From the NCBI RefSeq assembly GCF_000020025.1, contig NC_010628.1:3240001-3272000 (forward strand): a stretch of 32,000 nt of DNA, written 5' to 3'. Positions 7,701-14,184 of this stretch are shown here, piece after piece. The stretch is from Nostoc punctiforme PCC 73102. Its GTDB lineage: Bacteria; Cyanobacteriota; Cyanobacteriia; Cyanobacteriales; Nostocaceae. The first letter of the stretch is position 1; each line of letters opens with the position of its first letter. The notes beneath the pieces were generated by a model. The model had not been told where the DNA came from, made no database searches, and saw only the letters and a program-made list of their open reading frames with translations. The position numbers and the translations under genes are program-made.

Positions 7701-8939
7701 CCCTAGTAATACCAAGGGTGTTACTGTTTCCCCTACTTCCTGTTGTTGCTGCGCTTGGGGTTGCTCCGACGCTCGTTCGCGCAGCGTGCCGGAGGCAGGA
7801 CTCGCTACCGCTTCGCTATCAGCAACGGGTTCAGTTACAGGGGCTTTCTCACCAATCTCAGAACGGATTTGAGCAATTGCTTCAGCAAGGGTTATACCCG
7901 CCGCCGCAGTCGTGGTCTGTCCGGCGGCTCGTGCAATGGTTTGAATAGGTGTGATTGTTTTCCCGACTAGTACAGATGCAAGAATTCCAGCAGCCGCCCA
8001 TAAAATTGGGCGCGGGACTAGTTCGCGGTTTTGTACAAAGCGATCGCGATCTTTTAGTTCAGGAGATTTTTTGAGTACTGGACTTAGCACGCAGCGACAT
8101 CGAGGATGAATTGCTGGAGTATTAGCCGCGATCGCTTGCCAATCATTCAACGGAATAACCAAGCCGTGACGAGAAGCGCAAATATTACACCGTCTTTCGT
8201 CAATTATTGTGTAAAATCTAACTGCTTCAACTAATCCAGACTCGCGGTAAGTCTCTAATCGTCCAGCGTTGTAAGCAAAAGTCAACTCAGTACGAGCAAT
8301 GGTTTCAGCGCGTTTTGAATACCTGCCAGATTTAGTGCCTAGCCTTTCCTCAATGCGCTTGAGTAGTTCATTCCTGCTTATGGGTTGCTTGGTGTCGGGC
8401 TGTGGGGTGACTGCTGCGAGTAAGTCTTGCTGAATCTTTTTGTACTCCGAGTTTGTTACGTCTTGTGCTAACTGGTTAATCCGTCCCCTAATTGCGCTTT
8501 CGGCGGGGATGTTGCGGATTGGTCGGATTTGTACACCTGGTTTTTGTGCATCGTCAAAATAAATCAGGTTAGAGAATGAGTTAAAGTTGACTTTCCTGTT
8601 TGCGTTTTTTACCTCTGTATCGGCGTGGTTACTTCCCGTATTCCAGCCGGATAACCAGATGGAGTACAGCGATCGCTTGAGTGCAGATAGCATATATTCC
8701 TTTACTTGTAGCGGGTTTTTCTGGTTCTTTTTTAGTCGGGTATTTCCGTCATCTGCGGTCGTGGTTTGCAACAAATCTTTATCAATAAATGCTCTTGCTG
8801 CATCTAAAGGAATGTTTGCTAACAACAAAGCACCTTTGGCTTCTAAATTATCTAAATCAGCTAATACTTTCTTTTCTCCCAAAATCAATTTATCGTTGGG
8901 GAATTGGGGAGCGAAAGCACTAAAAACTGAATCAAACAT
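4722..8939 (-). CDS. Giant (1405 aa) minor head protein: MuF/SPP1 gp7 domain + hydrophobic helix + ComEA-type HhH modules + ~800-aa coiled coil
   Basis: MuF motif at aa ~208-288: RAETIARTELTFAYNAGRLETYRESG...IIDERRCNICASRHGLVIPLND...IHPRCRCVLSPV. Hydrophobic segment PILWAAAGILASVLVG. HhH: LDINTATREELQKILPGRSLTVRQVNAILKRRE...IEDLKNVPEIGAKTFERLK, plus a second weaker copy (IEDLKTRLKGKGIGDRTIENM). From aa ~620 to the end the protein is Q/L/N/K/E-rich with heptad-like character. Confidence 0.8.
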   Translation of the reverse strand: MFDSVFSAFAPQFPNDKLILGEKKVLADLDNLEAKGALLLANIPLDAARAFIDKDLLQTTTADDGNTRLKKNQKNPLQVKEYMLSALKRSLYSIWLSGWNTGSNHADTEVKNANRKVNFNSFSNLIYFDDAQKPGVQIRPIRNIPAESAIRGRINQLAQDVTNSEYKKIQQDLLAAVTPQPDTKQPISRNELLKRIEERLGTKSGRYSKRAETIARTELTFAYNAGRLETYRESGLVEAVRFYTIIDERRCNICASRHGLVIPLNDWQAIAANTPAIHPRCRCVLSPVLKKSPELKDRDRFVQNRELVPRPILWAAAGILASVLVGKTITPIQTIARAAGQTTTAAAGITLAEAIAQIRSEIGEKAPVTEPVADSEAVASPASGTLRERASEQPQAQQQQEVGETVTPLVLLGQLDINTATREELQKILPGRSLTVRQVNAILKRREQSAITKIEDLKNVPEIGAKTFERLKQLSEGYQIIPLLDPKSIRTPTQLWAANLGLTKSQSETIFNELQKGSFKDIEDLKTRLKGKGIGDRTIENMQQRAVVIPRQFSPVKETVPVREAGGQGGRGAGEDLLPPDVSAGNAISPRAPLPYSTSGLPPERVIPQKVPTIVTDPLKQELSGIRSGVDDFNQASVKTANDQLNSKELFGKSLKQQASDTQNTVDGFRSFNQQVSTVEDQLLEWDRRLASVEDNYQNLLDPTKPNYFEQAPASIAQIRAQLQKATKTIDGAIENNNKYAAKINEKVDAIEQRVTKLNNQRAAVTSQKTADNLRTNLEEFNTKIQTLESQVSRLPPGAERSQAWLELQRLKRQQSDAIDQIRTVSDQLNDYTNPVIDTARGAINTIEQTNQAIASTAEKLKQLQQRLSKLPVTKNQLEPELRTQYDTVKDLRTVQRRMQSSAKLYRRADEAATRNLNNRATNQENFYNRYDEQYQGFEGNTAPVIERRLSQIQADMRELESMPEGTVAWLLGFNGWDTANIPRDLSLVLNGAPTTSKSLAQIRKMASDLWDKTKQIEANIEVVKRNTEFRFINSDRKVQGFDDLLKNAEDNLTYWLSTRNAALNPSNIGSSNNRLTELQREIQKAIDKKDNAALTELFRQISPDDAYGYARKTLLDMEEWSKRYQDVIGSTAKPGAIASQPITKLYDQYQQANETFLQQLGNSRVNQSQTIEQAYQDAKDIYERLRYDANRIPTFDLKGKATSAEELQKQLQATQERLKGLVNSKQFTNPAVSTNPKVVKAQQQLDALDSTSRNTFKEINDLNQEIDLLKQQGKGTTKNEIALAQKRDLFEQTRQQMKGVGEDIKDLKLGDEAYQQIQQLKSSTEEFRGAIASSQSQLATVNQQLVRLQEQQQILGGGLSQRAIKLSDEIDSLQAKRVDLVKKIGDDYRQVQEMQVQMRSLRNP
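7217..7248. repeat. In-frame octamer tandem repeat (TGCCCCCC x3 on +; GGGGGGCA on the coding strand), G-quadruplex-type motif
   Basis: Sequence cccc tgcccccc tgcccccc tgcccccc tgcc. The coding strand reads GAGGCAGGGGGGCAGGGGGGCAGGGGGGCAGGGG and encodes EAGGQGGRGAG inside the giant ORF. Confidence 0.9.
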
Positions 8940-8947
8940 AATATTTT

Positions 8948-10306
8948 ATGACAACTATTGAAAACTCAAGTAAGCTAATTCCTTTATACGCCACAGAGTT
9001 AGCGCCGTGGTTAGATGAGCTTGATACTGATTTTGTAAGAGAACTTCCAGAAACAGGGGAGACTTACACCCTAGAAGATTTGATCAAGATGATCAAAATC
9101 TGCGTGGTAAATAAAGCGGCGATCAACTTAAAAACCATGAGAGCGGCGGCGGCGGTTGGACTTTACTCCCATAATGACCCTACCCCATATCCTACTGCGA
9201 CAGGCCCGCAAACAATTCAAGAATGGATGCGCGGGAATTTTGACTCCATGAAAGGAAGTCTCCCCGCAGTAGTACGGAAGATGATTAAGCAAGCTTATAG
9301 TCTGGGAACTTCTTGCGGTGAGATTAGATGGTATAAGCGCAAAACTAGTCTGGGTTCCGAGTGGCGATTAAAGTCAATCCCTGTACTTAACCCTCTGCGG
9401 TATTCGTTCGCTGGAGTTAAGGGTAGGGTAGATCGGATTATTTACCGCCCATTGCATGATTCTTCAAAAGCTATACCCTACGCAAAGCTACTTCACATTT
9501 ATTCACCATCACTTGAAGAGCCGGAAGATCCACGGGGCGATCCGGCGGCGGCTTCTGCTTTGCCATTTTACAAATCGCGGCAGATTATGTACAAGCAGTG
9601 GACGCAAGCCGGACAAAGACAGGCCACTGGATTCACAATAATCAAAGCTCCCAGCGAGAAAACAGTAACAATTTTAGGGTCTAATGGCTTACCGCTAAGA
9701 AACGACGATGGTACAATCAAAACTCAACCAGCGCTTTATGCAGCTGTTTCATCAGCCAAAAATATTGAAAATGGCAGCGTTTTCGGAACCGATAAAGAAA
9801 ACGATGTGATTAATGTTCCGGGTGGTGGTGGGGAAGGATTTTTTAATCTTTCACTTACTCACTACGAAAAAATGATTTTCTATGCTTACGGCGTGCCATC
9901 AACAATTTTTAATGACACGGCATCAGGTATTGGGAATTCCGGGATTAATGCCGGACACCGACTAATACTTGATACCCAAATTGAGGATATTGTGAATGAT
10001 TTAAGGGATGAGCTATTAGAAAAAATTGTACGTCCTTTGCTCATGGCTAACTTTGGCCCCAAATTTGAGGATAATTTGGGTGAGTTTAAATCAGATAAGT
10101 TCCTTGACCCGTCACTAGCGGCGACTAGAGTTAGTAATTTGACTATAGCAATGTCCTCTGGGACAATTGACGCAAACGACCTTGAAGCAACTAATAGACT
10201 GCGTGAAGATTTGGGATTGTCGCCATTTACTAAAGAACAATTTGACCAGCAGCAGCTTGCAAAACTATTGGCACAGCAAGAGCAGCAATATGGCGAAGGG
10301 TATTGA
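8948..10306 (+). CDS. Phage portal protein (Mu gp29/DUF935-like, tentative family)
   Basis: 452 aa, ATG start, the size and position expected for a portal next to a MuF gene. Acidic/Q-rich C-terminus (QFDQQQLAKLLAQQEQQYGEGY). No decisive motif was seen, so the family call is tentative. Confidence 0.6.
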   Translation: MTTIENSSKLIPLYATELAPWLDELDTDFVRELPETGETYTLEDLIKMIKICVVNKAAINLKTMRAAAAVGLYSHNDPTPYPTATGPQTIQEWMRGNFDSMKGSLPAVVRKMIKQAYSLGTSCGEIRWYKRKTSLGSEWRLKSIPVLNPLRYSFAGVKGRVDRIIYRPLHDSSKAIPYAKLLHIYSPSLEEPEDPRGDPAAASALPFYKSRQIMYKQWTQAGQRQATGFTIIKAPSEKTVTILGSNGLPLRNDDGTIKTQPALYAAVSSAKNIENGSVFGTDKENDVINVPGGGGEGFFNLSLTHYEKMIFYAYGVPSTIFNDTASGIGNSGINAGHRLILDTQIEDIVNDLRDELLEKIVRPLLMANFGPKFEDNLGEFKSDKFLDPSLAATRVSNLTIAMSSGTIDANDLEATNRLREDLGLSPFTKEQFDQQQLAKLLAQQEQQYGEGY

Positions 10307-10471
10307 TTGGAATTATGTAAAGTCGTACTAGAAGCATAGAAGCATGAGATTTTTGTGTTTTAAAAGTTGAGAAGGGGCGATCGCCCCCTAACTTGTAGGA
10401 AAAATATTATGAAATGAGAATCCTCTAAACTTAATCCATCTCTTTGGTGGCAATTAAATCTCGATGGTGGA

Positions 10472-10714
10472 ATGCTGAATGTTTTTATTCAACACAAACC
10501 AGATGGATACTACGCCTTTATTGGCACTGGTATGCGCGTACAAGTGATGAAATTTCACACTTTACCTGAAGCCAAAGCGTGGTTGTTAAAACAGTTAAAG
10601 CTTTCACTTGATAAAATGCAATCCGAAATGCAACCGGAGATCCCTTGGCTATTGTGGGGATGCCTTGGGGGAGCTTTTGCCCTTTTAGCAACGTGGAGAA
10701 TGTTAATTTTCTAG
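10472..10714 (+). CDS. Hypothetical small protein with a C-terminal TM helix
   Basis: 80 aa, ATG start. C-terminal WLLWGCLGGAFALLATWRMLIF. Confidence 0.5.
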   Translation: MLNVFIQHKPDGYYAFIGTGMRVQVMKFHTLPEAKAWLLKQLKLSLDKMQSEMQPEIPWLLWGCLGGAFALLATWRMLIF

Positions 10715-10722
10715 TTAATAAA

Positions 10723-10956
10723 ATGCCTGCACCAAAATATACTCATTGGAAAAATTCACCATCAAAATATGCGGCTTGTGGTACTCCCAACCCAAGAACA
10801 GGAACTTGCGAGAAGTTGCAAGTAACTTGTCCTCGGTGTTTGAGAATTGTGGAAAGAAGCGATCGCCTCAATGCTCTGCCTCAGCAATGCTACGAGTCTG
10901 TAATTAAAAAAACTGAATCTTGGCTTGCCAAGTTGGGAAGATTTACCAGAGCATAG
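10723..10956 (+). CDS. Hypothetical small Cys-containing protein
   Basis: The track ORF 10645-10956 starts at TTG and overlaps the previous gene, so it is trimmed to the ATG at 10723 (MPAPKYTHWKNSPSKYAACGTPNPRTGTCEKLQVTCPRCLRIV...). Confidence 0.45.
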   Translation: MPAPKYTHWKNSPSKYAACGTPNPRTGTCEKLQVTCPRCLRIVERSDRLNALPQQCYESVIKKTESWLAKLGRFTRA

Positions 10957-11022
10957 CCGATTGCTTTATCAAATCGATGTTATGCAAAATGCTGAAAAAT
11001 TATTGTAGAGGGGCGATCGCCT

Positions 11023-11325
11023 ATGAACAAAGATATAACTATAGTTCCCGCAGATTATCATTTTGAGATTCCTGAAGAAATTGCTAAATGTCCATACTGT
11101 GAGACAAAACTTCATGTTCAAGTGCATGGGTGGACAGAAGAAGATGACGGATGGGTTGCTGATTCGATAGAAATGGTATGCGAATCTGAGCCAGATATTG
11201 ATGACGATGCGTGGGATGATTTCAATGAATCCCATAGCGAAATGCCTTATGTTTATTTGCTGCCAGTGCAAAACACAGTACAGGAGTGGATTAACAATAA
11301 TTTTCGGTTTGATATGGAGCAATGA
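11023..11325 (+). CDS. Hypothetical acidic protein with a CxxC motif
   Basis: 100 aa, ATG start. Contains CPYCETKLHV and an acidic stretch EPDIDDDAWDDFNESH. Its stop overlaps the next start (ATGA at 11322). Confidence 0.55.
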   Translation: MNKDITIVPADYHFEIPEEIAKCPYCETKLHVQVHGWTEEDDGWVADSIEMVCESEPDIDDDAWDDFNESHSEMPYVYLLPVQNTVQEWINNNFRFDMEQ

Positions 11326-12194
11326 AATACGCTAAAAGTTTGCTCTACGGAATAATTGTAGATGCTGTTACTTCCGATTACCAAGATTACGCAAACTGGC
11401 AATTAAGATGCCCCAAATGCGGGGAGCCAGTTCACTTGATTGGTGCATCAGAGCGAGTTGAACACGTAAGATTAGCGCCAAAATCAAAGCAGATAGTTTT
11501 GGTAAGTAGTGCCAAAATCAGTGCATCATTTGCTCATTTCAAGGGATTAGCCGATGAAGCTTGTGAAAACTTCAATTCCCAAATATCTAAGAACTATATT
11601 GAAAAATTTGAAAGAATAAATAGAGAGCAAAGGCTCAAGGTATATAATCAAAGATTTTTAGAAATAGTTGGCTATAACAAAAGTATGAAGGGATGCTTTT
11701 TTGATAACTTTAAAAAAGTAAATAAAATTAATAACAAAGTTGCTAAAAGTATTGAGCAAGATGCAGCAAAAGATTTTTACTCAACAGTATCACAATTAAC
11801 TAAACTTGCAGGTGGGGCAAGAATTTTATTAGAAGGCATAAAATCTGATAAGTACCCATTAAATCGTTTTGACACAAGTCGAGCTAAAGATGAGGAGGTT
11901 AAACAGTTTGTTCGGTGGGTACAAGAAGTTGACATTGATAGACAAATGATACTTCTTGAAGAAGCAATTGCCTTTTTAAAAACTCGCGCAGCGAGGGCGA
12001 TCGCCTTACAGCTACTTGAATTATGTTTTTCTAGATTAATCTTCCATCGCCCAGGTACGATTGATTTAATCAAGATTTCAGGCAACTCCATAGCCGAAGA
12101 AGATAGCAAATACAGGGAGTTAATCGAGCGATGTGTTACCGAATTAGTGCAAATATTTGCGCTTACCGATTGGGCAGGTGCGGTAGGAAATTGA
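11322..12194 (+). CDS. Hypothetical protein with an N-terminal CoiA-like Zn-finger motif (tentative); AT-rich accessory gene
   Basis: 290 aa. RCPKCGEPVHL...SFAHFKGLADEACENF resembles the CPxC...HFAH...C N-terminal signature of CoiA-type proteins. The central part (about 11560-11960) is markedly AT-rich and HIP1-free. Confidence 0.55.
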   Translation: MKYAKSLLYGIIVDAVTSDYQDYANWQLRCPKCGEPVHLIGASERVEHVRLAPKSKQIVLVSSAKISASFAHFKGLADEACENFNSQISKNYIEKFERINREQRLKVYNQRFLEIVGYNKSMKGCFFDNFKKVNKINNKVAKSIEQDAAKDFYSTVSQLTKLAGGARILLEGIKSDKYPLNRFDTSRAKDEEVKQFVRWVQEVDIDRQMILLEEAIAFLKTRAARAIALQLLELCFSRLIFHRPGTIDLIKISGNSIAEEDSKYRELIERCVTELVQIFALTDWAGAVGN

Positions 12195-12215
12195 AGTTGA
12201 ATAGAGGTTAAAACC

Positions 12216-12380
12216 GTGAAAGTATCTCTGGAATATCTTTACCATTACAGTTGTGACCACTGCCAGAAATGGTGGACAATTGGCGACATCAAGCCAGATA
12301 TAAATAGCCAAGCGTTATGTCCACACTGCGGTAAAACAAGTTTAATTGTAGAAATCGTTCAATTTCAAACTAAGATATGA
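12216..12380 (+). CDS. Small Zn-ribbon protein (GTG start), not in the ORF track
   Basis: VKVSLEYLYHYSCDHCQKWWTIGDIKPDINSQALCPHCGKTSLIVEIVQFQTKI*. Two CxxC pairs. It fills the gap between neighbouring + strand genes. Confidence 0.4.
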   Translation: MKVSLEYLYHYSCDHCQKWWTIGDIKPDINSQALCPHCGKTSLIVEIVQFQTKI

Positions 12381-12414
12381 CAGGTTTTTGTATGAAGAAG
12401 TAGAGGCGATCGCT

Positions 12415-12675
12415 ATGAGCGAATATAAATTAGTTATCGAGTTCATCAACGAATCAAAGGATTTTGCATTGGGTTTTGAGTCAGGCAAAGTTTACGAGCA
12501 GATGAAAAATCAAATTCCTGAGATTGAAGGAGTGTTTGGTTCTGAAAACTTTGAGCAATTTAAACTGATGTCGCAAGCGATGAACTATTCAATTACTCAA
12601 ATAAATAACCTCAATAACTCACAAGAGTTTCCTAATGATTATTTGTTGCTCAAGTTCGTATTTCAACAAGGCTAG
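12415..12675 (+). CDS. Hypothetical protein
   Basis: The track ORF starts at TTG 12388. The first ATG is at 12415 (MSEYKLVIEFINESKDF...). Confidence 0.5.
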   Translation: MSEYKLVIEFINESKDFALGFESGKVYEQMKNQIPEIEGVFGSENFEQFKLMSQAMNYSITQINNLNNSQEFPNDYLLLKFVFQQG

Positions 12676-12721
12676 CCAATTATATGCTGAGGGGGATTAG
12701 TAATTTTGATATACTGCCGAC

Positions 12722-12742
12722 AGGTGTCGCCGGAGGTGTCGC
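12722..12742 (+). promoter_or_regulatory. Direct repeat AGGTGTCGC (x2, 12-bp period) immediately upstream of the double-HTH gene
   Basis: cAGGTGTCGCcggAGGTGTCGCacgTTG. The second copy ends 3 nt before the TTG start at 12746. Possible regulator binding site; its function is untested. Confidence 0.3.
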
Positions 12743-12745
12743 ACG

Positions 12746-13240
12746 TTGTCGGAATTAAACAAGCAAGAGGCTTTAAAGTATTTAGGGGTAAGCGATCGCA
12801 CCCTGGAGAGATGGGTGAAAAAGTACAAAATCGCTGTGAGGTATGAAAATACTGATAGGGGGCGATCGCCTTTCTTTGACATATCAGAATTAGATAGGGT
12901 AAAGCTTGAGCGCGACCCCACTTATCGCCCTGCAATTTCGACGGGACTAGTGCCAGTTACTGTTACTCAAGAGGAGCGATCGCTTGCTGCAATTGCTGAA
13001 AGCTTAAAAACAATTGCTTGCGCCACCTCAAGCATTACTGCCTATTATCAAGTAGCAGCTATTTTAGCAAAGAAGTCTTTGAGCATAAGAGAAGCTGCGA
13101 TAATGTCAGGTTTATCTATAAACTTTTTGAAATACCATTTAAAAACGGGTAACTTAGTAGGCAAGAAATTAGGTAGGTCTTGGAGAATTTGCCCTCAAAG
13201 CTTTGAGCGTTTTATGGTAGATATTTTTAAAGAGACATGA
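12746..13240 (+). CDS. DNA-binding protein with two MerR/excisionase-type HTH domains (candidate excisionase/RDF or small terminase-like)
   Basis: The only in-frame start is TTG at 12746. N-terminal LNKQEALKYLGVSDRTLERWVKKYKI and C-terminal LSIREAAIMSGLSINFLKYHLKTGNLVGKKLGRSWRICPQSFERFM both fit the HTH_17/excisionase pattern. Confidence 0.6.
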   Translation: MSELNKQEALKYLGVSDRTLERWVKKYKIAVRYENTDRGRSPFFDISELDRVKLERDPTYRPAISTGLVPVTVTQEERSLAAIAESLKTIACATSSITAYYQVAAILAKKSLSIREAAIMSGLSINFLKYHLKTGNLVGKKLGRSWRICPQSFERFMVDIFKET

Positions 13241-13530
13241 ATTATTTTTGGTTATTTACATTTAGATTTGCTTGCATATCAATGTTTCGTTTGATAGGCA
13301 CGATTGAAAGCCGATTGCTTGAGCTACGCGAAAAAGAAAATATTGAATATACTTTTAGTTTTGTAGGAGAAAACCTTTACCAGCTTATTCCCTGCCCTAG
13401 CAATTTTAGAATCCTTGAAAATTTATCTAATGTAGTTTGGACTCGGAAAGAAGGCGATCACTTGCTAATTAAAATGGAAACACTTACAGCGATTGAAGAC
13501 CTGGTAATTAGTTTAAATAGCACACACTGA
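13237..13530 (+). CDS. Hypothetical protein
   Basis: 97 aa, with an ATGA overlap onto the previous gene. It is the last gene of the + strand block. Confidence 0.5.
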   Translation: MNYFWLFTFRFACISMFRLIGTIESRLLELREKENIEYTFSFVGENLYQLIPCPSNFRILENLSNVVWTRKEGDHLLIKMETLTAIEDLVISLNSTH

Positions 13531-13563
13531 CGGATTGTATTCTGAGTAGAATTTGCGGTGGCC

Positions 13564-13622
13564 GTAGCGTTCTTTAAGAGGGGCGATGCTTACGGCGAGC
13601 TTTGCTAACGCTACTCTATCGA
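13564..13622 (+). repeat. Short MITE-like dispersed repeat, copy A (shorter variant)
   Basis: gtagcgttctttaagaggggcgatgcttacggcgagctttgctaacgctactctatcgac. It shares AAGAGG(G)GCGATGC..ACGGCG and the CTATCGAC end with copy C (25769-25848). It is self-complementary (GTAGCGTT...AACGCTAC) and intergenic. Confidence 0.6.
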
Positions 13623-13797
13623 CTTGCTCCATACGTTCTGGTACGTGTTGGGATGCGTTTCACTATATCAAATAACAGTATGGAAAGCTAAAGGCAGTAA
13701 ATTTTCCATTACCTTTCCTCAAAATACTGGCACGATTCACAAGGGTCACATCCGCCAGCAGTCCCGGAGTGCAGCGCTGGGATTGCCACAATGCAAG

Positions 13798-14184
13798 TTA
13801 TTCTGAATACAAAAGTTGATATCCCAAGCTTAACCGCCTAACGAATTCTTCAGTATTTCGATTGCCCCAGACTGGATTTTTATGATCGATAAGCCAGTTT
13901 TGGGAATTGTGACAAATCTGTGTGTGGCATCTTTCGCATGTTGGAAACCAGTTGCTTCCTAAATTATTTTTACCGTAACTGGTATGGTGTAACTCATTAT
14001 ACTTTCGTCTCAAACAGCAGCAACACAAGGAATCATACTTTTCAAGAAACTGACGAGCGATCGCACACTCTCTACTGTAATTGTTGCCGTAGCGCACCGA
14101 GTAATCTAATTGCGGTTTAGTAGGTACTCGTGCAGTAGTTCTACTTGTTTGCTGCTTGGTGCGTGTCCCATCATTTCTTCCCAT
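13798..14184 (-). CDS. HNH-superfamily (Cys/His) nuclease-like protein
   Basis: 128 aa, ATG start. CCCCLRRKYNELHHTSYGKNNLGSNWFPTCERCHTQICH fits the C..C...HH.tY....CxxCH pattern. It overlaps the 3' end of the ATPase gene by 79 nt and is paralogous in layout to 18801-19172. Confidence 0.6.
   Translation of the reverse strand: MGRNDGTRTKQQTSRTTARVPTKPQLDYSVRYGNNYSRECAIARQFLEKYDSLCCCCLRRKYNELHHTSYGKNNLGSNWFPTCERCHTQICHNSQNWLIDHKNPVWGNRNTEEFVRRLSLGYQLLYSE

Noticed and set aside
4012-8961. Eleven + strand ORFs nested in the protease-like and giant MuF genes (4012-4323, 5463-5648 ... 8587-8961)
   Set aside because: All lie inside long - strand ORFs with clear domain content, and they have Cys/Ser/Arg-rich shadow-type translations.
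10969-12935. - strand ORFs 10969-11322, 11777-12109, 12672-12935 and 12697-12921
   Set aside because: They are antisense to a co-directional, translationally coupled + strand gene series. Their translations are hydrophobic or low-complexity with no motifs.
8948-13800. Idea that the + strand block is an invertible (shufflon-like) segment
   Set aside because: I could not find flanking inverted repeats near 8.9 kb and 13.5-13.8 kb by eye, and there is no dedicated invertase nearby. It is kept only as a remark in the head-to-head finding.
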